Of a DNA stretch of 64,000 nt, positions 13,985 through 26,039 are shown in pieces. Positions within the stretch are counted from its first letter, which is position 1, and every line of letters begins with the position of its first letter. The position numbers and the translations under genes are program-made. The notes beneath the pieces are model-generated. The model saw only the letters and a list, made by a program, of their open reading frames with translations. It was not told where the DNA came from and did no database searches. Location of the stretch: assembly GCA_026770705.1 (NCBI GenBank), contig JANJGN010000034.1, positions 5,146,001 to 5,210,000 of the forward strand, in the 5' to 3' direction. Source of the DNA: Isurus oxyrinchus (lineage: Eukaryota).

Positions 13985-14985
13985 AAACATATGAAAAAGG
14001 AGCTGCAGTATATCATTTGGTCCTTCGGCCCTGCACCGCAAATCAATGCAATCATGGCTGATCCACAATCTCAATGCCATACGCACATTCTCTTCCCATC
14101 ACCCTCTTACCTTTTGGGTGTGGAAAACCAGTTAAATCCTGCTTAGTTAGTCAGTCAGTTAATCTCCACTGTCTTTTGTGTTAGCTAATTGTGCAGGCTC
14201 AACACACTCTGGGTGAAAACATTTCTCATCATCTCAGTCCCAACATAACTATCCCATTTTCTCAGGCTGTACTAACGTGTTCCAGTCCAAGCGACGCCCT
14301 CCCAGGTCTCCCCACCAGGACAGTGGAATGATCATTCCTGCTTCCAGTCTGTCCAGCCCAGCTCAGAATGTTATATATTTCTATGAGATACCTTTGCGTT
14401 CGTCTGAATACCAGTGAATACATGCCTTCCCGACCCACTTTCTCCACATATGACAATTCTGCCATCCCAATAGCCTCCACGGCGAACCATCGAACTCCCT
14501 CCATGACTTGGATATCTTCTCTTCAAAAATGAGGCCAAAACTGCCCGTGCACACTTAGCTGTGGTAAGACATCTTTGCTGCTGTACTCAAATCCTCTTGC
14601 AATGAAGCTCAACAAACTATTTGCCTTTCAACTGATTTCTGCACCTGCATGATTGTTGTCATTGAATAATGCACAAGGATGCTCAGGTCTCTTTATTCAT
14701 CAACATTTCCATAGCTATCTCCATTGAAAGAATATTCTTCCATGCTGTTTTTCCCACCGACGTGGAGAACTTCACAATAATACACGTAATTCTGTAACTG
14801 TCACATGTTTGCCCACACACTCAAATTATCTAACTCGTCTTGAAGTCTGATTGCATCCTCCACAAAAATCCAGTTCCCAACTAATTGTGTGCACTCATAA
14901 AATTTGAAAATATTACACATTGTTCCCTCACATAAGCCATTGATAAATATTGAGACAGCTTTGAGCCCAAGCACCGAGATTGTAA
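13985..14985 (-). mobile_element. CR1 RT and 3' UTR fragment
   Basis: ORF 14801..14998 (IFINGL.EGTMCNIFKF...RLQDELDNL..WA) is CR1 RT. Confidence 0.8.
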
Positions 14986-16229
14986 CTGTTACTCTCATTG
15001 TTTTGCGAGTTCCGTCTTTATAAATAATATGATTGAATTACTGTACGATGGAGAAAAATAATTACCCTATATACTTGGCAACTCAGCACGTGGGACTTCA
15101 AGTGCTTCTCCAAACAATCCATATTTCCTTGTTCGTTCATGGGCTGTAGACATAGCTAGCTGTCCATCAACTATTTCCAAACTCGAATTGCATGCCAGAA
15201 GATGGCGGCGAGATGCCTAGTTGGACCGCTGCATGCCATGCGGCTTAGTCACACCCATAATGTTGTTAGAGGGGGAGTTCAAAAATTTTGACAGCGGAAC
15301 AGTGGATGAACTGCAAAATATTTCCAAGTCAGTTTGATGAATGACTTGGAGGAAAAGTGGCAACTGGCCATGTTCCCATGCATCTCATATCCTTGTCATT
15401 CTAGATTATAATGGTCTGGGATTTGGATGGTGCCACAGGTAATGCACCTTGGTGAGTTCATATCCTGCATTTTGCAGAACGTTTACCCTGCTGCCACTGT
15501 GCATCGGTGGTGAAGGGAAGTAATATGTGTTGGTAGGATGCCTGACATATCAGCTGCTTTATGTTGATATACCAGCGTCTTCAGTTTTGGACCAGGACCT
15601 ATCCATGCAACTGGACAGGATTCCATTTCGATCCTGACTCTAGCTTCGTCGTTGGTGGATGGAATTGGATAGTATTGGTATGAGCAAATCACCACATTAT
15701 TCCTACAATCTGGTCTGCTCTTGTAGCCGCAGTATTCATATGGCTTGTCCATTTCAATTTCTTGTCATTGCTATCCCGTAGCATGCTGCTTTCTCATGGG
15801 ATTATAAGTGATTGCATCACATTTGAGTCTTCAGTTTTCAATGTCCGTTATGGGGCTATTTTATTTATGCATAAGGAATATATTCTGGTCATAATATTAA
15901 TGCCTTCGCTGTTCCACCCCACAGACCTGACAAAGAGCAAGGAGGGTAAGCCACTAAAAATCAGCATTCCAGCGAGAAATTGAACGAATCTGAACGTTGC
16001 TGGTCGGGAGGAAGTTTGCAAAAAATTCCACTTGATGACTTTGGATAGTTTTACTGAAAATGGCGAACATCACCCTTCCTTTCACACAAGCTCCAACTTG
16101 CCAGCCATAACTAATGATTGTCCATGTTTTCACCATCGTAATTAAGGCTGGACTGCACTTTGGTTATATGTGTGTGTGTGTTTGTGTGTGCGTGTGTGTG
16201 CTATTATAATATTAGAGGCTGTGTCAAAG

Positions 16230-17600
16230 AAACATATAAAATATGACTTGGAGTATATCATTCGGTCATCAGCCCTGCAGCACCATTCAATGTGACTTCT
16301 ATCTCAGTGCCACAATGCCGTTCTCTACCCATCGTCCTTCTCATCATTTGGGTTTGGAAACACACATTTCCTGCTTAAATGTATTCAGTTAGTTAATCTC
16401 CATAGCCTTTATTAGTAGATAACTGCAGGCTCACCACCCTCTGAGTGAACAAATTTCTCATTATCCCAGTTCCAAAACGCCTATGCTATTTCACAGGCTG
16501 TAGCAACGTGTTCCAATCCACTCAATGGCACCAACCGTCCCCGCCAAGAGTGGGTAATCATCATTCCTTCTTCCAGCCTGTCCTGCCCTCTCACAATGTT
16601 TTTCATTTCAATGGGATACGTTTGCATTCGTCTGAGTATCAGTGAATACATGTATGCCTGACCCAGTTTCTCCTAATACAAAAATCTTGACATCCCAATA
16701 GTTTCCATGGCGAACCTTCAAACTCCCTCAATGTCATGTCTATCTTCTCTTCAATAAGGAGGCTGAAACTGCTCTCGCACACATAGCTGTGATAAGACAT
16801 CATTGCACCTTTACTCAAATCCTCTTGCTACGCAGGGCAAGAAACCATATGAATTTTATTAGATTGTTGCAGCTGTATGTTTGTTGTCAGCGAATCATGC
16901 ACAGGTATGTTCAGGTCTCTTTGTGCATCAACGATTCCCAAACTATCACCATTTAAACAAAACTCTTCCATGCTGCTTTTCCCAACTGAAGTGGAGAACT
17001 TCACAATCATCCACGTTATTCTGCAACTTTAATATGTCTGCCCACGCAGTCAACTTGTCTAACTCGTCTTGAAGTCTGACTGCATTAACCACAAAACTCC
17101 TGTACTCAATTAGTTGTAAGTCCTCAGAAAACTTGCAAATAGTACATTGTGTTCCCTCAACTGAGTCACTGAAAAATATTGAGATCAGCGGGGGCCCAAT
17201 CATGGATCCACATTGTACAGCAATAGCAAACGCCTGCCACGCCAGAAAAATAAAAAAGAACAAATATTTATTATTACTCTGCGTTTCCTGTCTGTTAAGC
17301 GATGCCTAATCTCTGCCAATATATCACCATCAATTCCATGGGCTTTATTTTTCTCACTAAGCTCTTGGACTTTACTAAAAGCCTTCTGGGAATCCAATAC
17401 AACAGTTCCACTCCCCTAATATTTCTGTTCTTGCATCATTAGTATTCTGCTGCACGTTTCCCGAAAATAATTTCCCGTTCAAAAATTGACACTGAACTTG
17501 TCTCATCCCATTGACATTTCCAAAATGTCCTGATCTCAAACCATTTATAAAAGGCACTGTAATTTTCCATAAAGCCGATGTTAGGCTAACCCGTTTGCAA
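16230..17600 (-). mobile_element. CR1 RT and 3' UTR fragment
   Basis: ORFs 16946..17263 and 17200..17397 (DSQKAFSKV..HGIDGDIL..LTDRKRRV, GPPLISIF..ICKFSED). Confidence 0.85.
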
Positions 17601-17834
17601 TTATTGGCTCTAGCCAGACTGATCATAGATCTAGATCTATCATCAGAATCTAGATTTTTCAGCCAATATCCTTTTTCAATGTAGACTGATTTCAATCTTA
17701 ACTAGGAACGTAACACCATATTTTTTTTTCTTTTTTGCCTATCCTTTTAAATATCGAATGCCCTTAGCTATCAAGTTGGTAGTCTTGGTAACCCTGCAGC
17801 CACGTATCTGTATTTATAATAATTTCGTCACCAT

Positions 17835-18020
17835 ATGTGTGTTTGTGTGTGTGTGTTTGTGTGCTGTTTGTGTGTGTTGTGGGGTAGATGTTTGTGGAGG
17901 GATGTGAGCACGAGAATAAACTGAATGGTACAGACAGTGAGAGAGAGAGAGACAGAAACACAAAGAGAAAGAGAGACTGAGAGAGAGCTATGGAGGGAGA
18001 GATAGAGAGAGTGTCAGTGA
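17835..18020. repeat. compound (TG)n/(GA)n microsatellite
   Basis: Directly visible. Confidence 0.9.
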
Positions 18021-18717
18021 GGGTAACAAATTGTAAGGAAGACAACAATGTGTACAAAGAAAAAAAATTGCACTCCAGGCTTTCAGTTGCCGAGGTACTA
18101 GTCTGACATCTCTAGCTCTCTTTTGGCAGGTACGAGATTGAACACTGCTGTTTTGCCTAACCTATGCCCATCTGTCCTATTTTTTGCTCAGGTGACTCTA
18201 AGTCAACAGATCACTGTTAACACTCCACAAAGCAGTTGCGTTGTTTTGAAAATTCGATTTTTCGTTAGGCACAATGCATCAGCACAGCTGCTTCTGTTGA
18301 ATACCCAGTGTATAAACATCATTGTTTCCAAAATAGCCACGTCCTATCGATTTATCTTTACAGGAAATACCACATAGAGAGGAAGATATTGGAATCATAC
18401 TACTAGTTTGATGAATAGGCTATACATTCGAATTTACATAAATTTCATTGTCCTTCTCGTGTTGGTTCTCCATTTTCTGTAAACTTAATAGCGAAAGTAT
18501 AGACCTCAATACTGTTTATTTGATCGCACTTATGCAATATGCGACTTGAAGCTCTGTTCTGAGTCATCCACCAAGAGCAGTTTTGCCCTGTCCCTCCTCA
18601 AAATTGAATCAAAAATTCAAACCCACTGTCATTTTTATCTGATTATTGTTCATATTTAAATGTAACTTGTGCAAAATATTCAGCAACAGTATCTCTGCGC
18701 CCCACTTACGCCCCCAG

Positions 18718-18738
18718 ATTTGAAAAAGTGCAACAAAG
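18718..18738 (+). pseudogene. degenerate 21-nt heptad micro-exon (D)LKKCNK with mutated donor
   Basis: cttacgcccccAG|atttgaaaaagtgcaacaaag|TTaaag. Codon-level similarity to 21135 (DLNKCND) and 39868 (ELKKEQR). Confidence 0.5.
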
Positions 18739-21134
18739 TTAAAGCTTACAAATCTGTGCGAAATTTGATGAGACAAAGTGACTGTAGCGTCGTTGTTCAT
18801 GAACTATCCAAAGAGGCCACTGGGAAGCTGTGGCCTTGAATAACGGAATCGACCATTTGTTTGAGGTTGATTGGAAAATGCCAGACATTATTGATGGTTG
18901 GTAATGGAATAGCAATGACAATTAAGTATAAATCTCATTTTTGTCAGAGAGGAAGCCAAAGAGATTAAAAGTTGCTGGCATACAGATCTACACAGGAAAC
19001 AATGATATTTATTTTAATTGATGTACAAATGGCAAGAAAAATATGAACGTAATTGAACAGAAAGTGGAAAGGCAAGGATACATAGAAAGGGAGCGAGTTA
19101 AATCATCACGGAGATGTCCCTTTGTTGTTTAGCAGAAGTGCAAAGGCAAACATGCATAAATTTAGGGGCAGACATACGTCGAGATGGAGAGGGAGAAGGA
19201 ACAAGCGATTCATTGCTGGACAGATCAAAACGCACAAACATTGGTCATAACTTAAAAATATATGATTATGCATAATGAAGCATGATAGTTTTATAAATCT
19301 AAGCATTAGACTGTTTCTTAAATTTAGACAATGATAGCCAAATGGCAGTGCAAACACAATCATAGAACAATGCTAAATGATTCACGGATTTTGGTTGATT
19401 GCACGGTCATGAATGTTCTGAGCACAGGGTAAGTGTAAGAAATCTTTTTATAATCATCACATTATAAAGTTATTATAAGCATCATTTCAGGATCATGTAT
19501 CTAATAAGTACTGCACAGATCCTTTAGAAAGCATTGCTTTAAAATGAATTGATAGTGCATTAAATGACTGGGAAAGAATGAGAAGATGCTTTGGTCAATT
19601 ATGTTGATAGACAGGGACCGGAGATAAACACGTCCACAAACCAATTCAGAAACAGAGATAAAGAGTAAAAGGAAAAAAAAACTTTCTTCAACACAACGGC
19701 TTACAGGAACATGCGTATACAAAGTTACAACATGAACAACATTTTGTTCTTAATGCAGTTAGCATTGATCGAGAGGGCGAGAAAGTGAAGGCTAACTAAT
19801 CGCACATATGCTGATTTTAAAAAGGAGAATGAGGAAATGCAAGTCATCTACATGTAGTCTTTTACGGTTAGTGTCACGGACCAATGCAGTATTACTGCCA
19901 ATTTATCTTCAGAATTCTGATATTTGTGGGCAAAATAACTCAGGAGCAGCTGCTGGCCATAAGTATTGTTTATTCAAGTCATATATTTAATGATTGTGAT
20001 CAAGGTTTAGCAAGAAACGATCAGGGAATGATTACATCACTAAACGTCAATATGAAGTGTCTCTTCCTCAGGAATTTTCAATCGTTTCGTTTCCATAACT
20101 CTACAGTGTTTGTATTAATGTGCTGAAGAGACACGCTGGGAATTCTTATAGAGAGCGCATCTAAAAACATAAAGTTGTAGAAGAAGGGGACTATGGAACA
20201 TTATATTGTCTAATATTAGCACAGAAAGTGTCAGCAGAACTTTTACATCACATAGTGGAGAGTCAAACGACTGACAAGCAGTGTTTGGCAGAAGCACACA
20301 GAACGCAGATAAATCGACATAGATTAAAGGACTCAGAGAAAGATACATAAACTGGAATATTATAACATATGTGTGAATAGTCAATGGAGATAAATAGATT
20401 AGGTTTCATAGTTCAAAAGGAGAAGATGGATTGCGAGACACAGAGAGACAGAAGAAGACAGTTAGTGTTATGCATAATCCATAAAGGTCTAAACAGAGAG
20501 ACAGACTTGTAGAGTAGCAGCCACTGACCATAGAGGGAAACAAGATGCCGTATGGGGGTCAATACACAGACAGGAAATCGAGCAGAGGCACAAGTCAATA
20601 TCAAGCGAGGGACAGTGATACTGATGAGTAGATAGAAAGAAAATGCAGAAAACTTAAGGGAGAGTGAAGAACACGAAAAACTGCATTCAGATACAGCTCT
20701 ACATTCACAAATAAATAGATGTTTTGAAAGAGTCACATACATTGATGAGCCGATCAATGCAACGTGGACACAAATAACTAACCATAGGTAACTTTAAGAT
20801 TTTGCAATATGGGAAGAACGTTTACTAGTTTATCTGACCCCCCAAAGATCTGGAAAAGTACAAGAATGGTTAGGCATCACGAAAATGAAAAATAACGTGA
20901 ATTTTTTGAGTTTTCTGTAAAAATGTGGTTTGGTTGCATGGTCCTTAATTTCACAATTTTCTGTCAGTGCTCTGCGGACAGCTATACGTCTGACATGCTG
21001 TTTTAAGCTATTGACTTGAGAGTTTTCATCAACATTATTGCGGATGTTTGGTTAACTATGAATGAGCTATGTTACATGCCCATTTATAATCGGATTTTGT
21101 CACAACGTTGTTTGTGTTTCTATATTCCCAAAAT

Positions 21135-21155
21135 ATCTTAACAAATGCAACGATG
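21135..21155 (+). pseudogene. degenerate 21-nt heptad micro-exon (D)LNKCND with mutated acceptor
   Basis: ttcccaaaAT|atcttaacaaatgcaacgatg|GTaagagtg. The 3' half and donor (gcaacg-tg|gtaagagtg) nearly match exon 39868. Confidence 0.5.
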
Positions 21156-24100
21156 GTAAGAGTGGTTGTAATGGGTTATTTATCACATATGAGTCCTGGG
21201 GAAACTGGCTGAATGCTCTAGTGCTCCACTGGACTTATGTTGCTGATATAAACTCAACATGCTTGCGCAATTTGAGTAGTTTCATGCTCCTTCCGTGCAG
21301 ATCAGCAAATCCGAGGGCCATGAGGACAGGACAAAAAAATAAAGCTGGATTATGTTGTTGGAAGGAAAGATGCAATGAATTGTGGAGGAAATATTTATTT
21401 CCGTGCTTTGTATATTATGTTCTGAATTTCATTTATCCCTCTTTGATTGTTGAACTCCCAAGGGACTGCTTCGAATCTTTAACATAATAGTTACAAGCAG
21501 GTCAGTGAAGTGCATGGAAGGGTGTCAAAAGTTGAATGTTTCGACCCTCGAAAGCAGAAGTCTTTGCGATTAGTTCTGCCATACTGTCGTTCCGCAAGGC
21601 AAAAACAATGTATGCCACAATGACTCACGAAATCCGGTGCTACCATTTAACATTAGTCAAATTCATAATTCAAGTAGGAAGCTGTCTGGACTCCACCTTT
21701 ATATCTTCTTATAGATAATTATTCAGACTCTAAGCCAGTTGATGCCATATTTGTAAAGCGTGAGTAGTTAACATGCTTAATATATTTGGAGGTTTCAAGT
21801 CAAGGTGGCAGGAACAAGTGGAAAAGGAACACATGTTGTTTTATTCCCAACATCTGCAGCAAAAGTGATGTGCAGGTTGGTCCCAGGAGAATTCAACTGT
21901 CCTTCGTGAAAAGTGTTTTTTTCTTCTCACTCTTTATTTTTGAAGGATACATGCGTTGAAGTTCATGGCATTGCGAGACGACTTACGAGCATGAATAATT
22001 CCTAGGGGAACATTATGCTAAGCCAACAAACAACTATTCAGGTACCTAGTAAGTGAACTGAGTGTACATGTACAGGGGCTCAATGCATAGAAGATCAATA
22101 CCTCAAAACATTTACATGGCATGCTCTGTCGAATCACGGGGATATGGCATCAGCTGGCGGCGCTGACTAGCATTGAATAAAAAATCCAAGTTTATTATGT
22201 TCATAGGCCAAACAGAGATAATAACAAAAGCATATTCAGGCCATTGTGAAAGGAAAACTTATTGAATAATCACACTGTGAGTAGGACTTGCTTCTAAAAG
22301 CTATAAGCGTTTAGTTATTCATTGCTGCTAAAGTATAAAATCTCTGAAAATGCTTCTCGAACCGATTGTGAATTAGAATGTTCCAAATGTAGTAAAATCC
22401 CGAATAAAAACCTGCAGAACGTGTAATTGGCGAGGATTGTTACAAGCTAATTCGAAGAAATACTTTTTTAAAGTTCATCATAAATGGAGAAGATAGATAG
22501 GTATCCGCAGAAATTTAGGTTCCTAATTCCCGAATTCGGAGAGGAAATGCACAGCAGCCATTGACCAGGTTATGAAATCAGAGTTGATCAAACACCAGCA
22601 TTGGATATATAATGAAATCTTGCAGTGTTCTAAACTTGGATAAATTGTAGATATAGAGATGGAGCATGGCCATGAATTTAAATTCACTGCAAATTCAAAA
22701 GTAATGTCTCACCTAAGAGGTGACAACTTTGGTCAGTGAGCAGAGGGATGTGTGAGGAATGGAACTAACTCGTGGTAATGGAAATTTAATGGAGACATTT
22801 AACGAAATCTTTGGAACTTGAAGGATTGGAAGGGTCACTGCCATGGATGAATCGCACAGCAGCGGATCATTTGAGGCATGACCAGAATTGGACACGGCTG
22901 CAGATGCGGAAGCATATGGCCTTATGCATAGTTGATTTTTTGGAAGATCTTAACGGAGGTAAATAAAGTAACAGGGCTGCGAATAAAATGGCCCAACTTC
23001 AAATACTTTCCATACAGAGAGATATTGGGGAGGCCTGTCGAGAATAGTTTGCTGCTGAGGCAGAATACTCTGACCTTGGTCATTCTAATATACAATGGAA
23101 AGCAAATCCTGCTGCAGAATTATTTTATGCCATTAAAACTGCTGATAATGTCTTGTAGTGTAGTACTGATGTGCTGCTATGGAATGGTGACATGCATGTG
23201 ACATCTTACACTATGTATTTGAATGGTGCAATTGAGGGGCAGTGCGAAAATGAGAATGAAGAGCGGACGTAGGTTACATAATTTAAGGTACCAGAGGTAA
23301 GGTGCCTGAACTAAAGTCTGTAATTTCTCTGTCATAATGAGTTTGGGGTGGCAGCACTGAAATCAATATGAGTGTTATGATCTTCCACTCTAAAATTCGT
23401 CAGATGAGTTAAATATGCGGACTTGTCAAAATTTCTCATGTTGAGCTCCTGTTGAGCAATGCGCTCTATGGATGCCAGAGCTGGTCCTTGTTAAAACTGA
23501 CGAGAGGAATCGACATATGGTCAGAATTAAGTATGGTGAAAAGTTCTTCGGATTGGCCATACAGAGCGGGGAACCTACTCTTTTTTTCTGAAAGAAAATC
23601 GTAGAAGCTGTAACAGTTCGACTTTAAGTTGAAGTGAAGCAGCACAAAGTTAGAAAGTACATTCAATGAAAACAGCTAGCTTTGGCTCTAATTTTGAAAA
23701 AAAAAATGACAAGGTGAAACATATAGAACGGAAGTGCAGGTCCTAAACGCACTGTTTGAATGGACAACATCAGAAAATGGGTGAGCGGAGGTTTGACAGT
23801 GTTATACAGCAAGGCACCGATAAGTGATAAATGCCTACGCTGCCTCTTCGGGAGTAGATAACCATGAGTGTGTAGCTTTGCGATTCATAAGTAAGAATTG
23901 CACCAGGCAAATGTTGTTGTATGCAGGTGTCCGGCAGTGCTTCAGACGCAATGGAGGGGAATGGTATGTTAAACCCACTTAAAATTGGACGAGGAGTAAG
24001 AGTGTTTACTAATCGGAAAGAATTATGAAATTTTCCACTTATTTCATTGCTATGTCTGGTGAGGCCGGTGGGTTTGGTAAATTATTAATAGAGTTTCAAA

Positions 24101-24570
24101 AGGAATGCAAAGAAAAATAGGTCGAAAGTACTGATGAAAAAATCAATTCATGACGTTTACAAAGAAAGATAATTTAGAAACGTGATGATATTTAGAAAAG
24201 TCTTACGTGCCATTGATTTTCTTTTGCGATGTTAATATGTTTGTACTGTCACAGTACCAAAGATATGAGTAATTCAAAATCGATCGAACATAGTTACTAT
24301 GGATGGTCGGCAAATCAGTACTAGAGTGGACAGAGCAGGTGCGGCTTCTAACAAATCAGCACTGGTTGCTATTTAACTCATTCAGGCTAAACAACAATAC
24401 AACCACAATCCAATTTTCCTGATGCCAAGAGAAAGTGGAAAGCAACTGTGAAATCAGTTTCTAAAATCTGATCCAATGCAATGGGCATAAGCTGTATGGA
24501 GTATGATTTGTTTTTTTTTAAGCGTTCGCCGTTGTTTACTGCTGCGCTTTCAAACTAAACTTCGCCATCA

Positions 24571-24775
24571 AAAAAACTCAGCAGGTCTGGCAGCATCAGA
24601 GGAGATGAAAATAGTTGACGTTTCGAGTCCTCATGACCTTCCAGTTCTGTGGAAAGTCAAGAGGACTCGAAACGTCAACTCTTTTCTTCTCCACCGTTGC
24701 TGTCAGACGTGCTGAGTTTTTCCAGGTAATTATTTTTTTGTTTTGAATTTTCATCATCTGCAGTTTTTTGTTTTA
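24571..24775. mobile_element. short palindromic Penelope-like insertion with hammerhead motif
   Basis: Inverted arms (aaactcagcaggtctggcagc..gacgtttcgagtcctc / gaggactcgaaacgtc..gctgagtttt). TSD aaacttc(g/t)ccatca at 24557-24570 and 24776-24789. Same family as 41984-42664. Confidence 0.8.
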
Positions 24776-26039
24776 AAACTTCTCCATCATCCAATGGTCC
24801 AGGGATGAGGCATTAGGGTCTTATATCTGATGTGCAGCAACAGGATTAAATGGCAGCATCATCAGAACACTGTTCCAAGTTCCACAGTTGGCTAATGTCG
24901 AGTCGGAATTGTATCCCACAAAATTGGAACCCAGGGAGATGCCACGATGCGATCTAAGCGAGCATAATCCTTGTATGCTTAATGAGGACTGCTCTTGATT
25001 TCCCTCAGCTTAAGCTAAACGGAGGAAATTAGAAGGGGTTATGATCAGTGAAAATGTTCTCTTGGCCATAAGTTTCATTACTAAAGAGCAGATGTTAATA
25101 TATCTTGGCAAAAGTGCCCAGAAGTGATGTGAGTTTCTTGTAGCAGGGAATTAACATCTTTAAATAACTGTCTGCAGCAGTGGTGGAAGATACAATCCAT
25201 TATGCCCAAAAGTCACCTTAATAATGCTTCACTTTGACTATTTTGATGCAACAGGCTTAAAACTACCAGTATATAGCCGCTTCAAAGAGCAGGAATACAA
25301 ATTGTGAGACCAATGGCTTTCATGCTTATCGCATGGGCGCTGACCTGCTTTGGCTTCGGACCTCATTAACCTTCTTCCTGCCATCGCGTTGCTTTGAATC
25401 CGTCTGACACCCTTCTGCCTTCCAAATCTGAAAGGCAACTAATTTCTCCAAATATGGCCCCTTGCGCAACTTTAATTGTAATTCTACAAAATTTTAATTC
25501 CGTGCCACCAGATGCTTTGGAGTTAAAGGAACATATGTAATTACTTCTCTAAACCTCTCCAACCGTGTAACTTATTTCCAATTTCAAGACACTAAAATGG
25601 ATTGCGTTGTCAATGCTTATGACCATTTGTACTATTATTAATTAGCTGTGTTGATTTCAAATGTTCTTCCTAAGAATCCTGTAGAGAGCCTTGGGAAGAC
25701 TTAGTTGTTGCCAATGAAGCTACGAACTTCTAAATATTGGCAAAAAAAAGCTTCTTTGCACACACGGAGCTGAACTGATTATTAGGCCACAAAATAATTC
25801 GTGTTTGCTGCCTTCTTTCATCCATGTTCGGTATAACTCCTTTTGAATGCAGAAAGCAAACATGTTTTTATGCTTATTATCATTGTCACTATCGGGTGGC
25901 TAACTTGGAACACCTGGCATTGGCAAATATCTCTAGGTCATTCGTTTGACAAGATTTTGCGATACGTTAGCAACAACTTAAAAAGTGTTTGTCATAATTT
26001 GGCTATCTAAATTCCCCTGAGAAGTGTAAATTAGTCATG

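Larger units (their letters stand above)
12765..17205. repeat. 2.2-kb tandem duplication (units ~12765-14985 and ~14990-17205)
   Basis: Collinear similarity throughout, e.g. ggcaattcagcatgtgggactt vs ggcaactcagcacgtgggactt. Each unit has the same family-B LINE 3' fragment, spacer and CR1 3' fragment. Confidence 0.9.

Noticed and set aside
21062-21487. 141-aa Cys-rich ORF with CCWKERCN followed by a hydrophobic stretch (Ly6/uPAR or TGF-beta receptor-like)
   Set aside because: No clear signal peptide, upstream Cys spacing does not fit an LU domain, and such genes are multi-exon. It overlaps the 21135 pseudo-exon and is probably a chance ORF.
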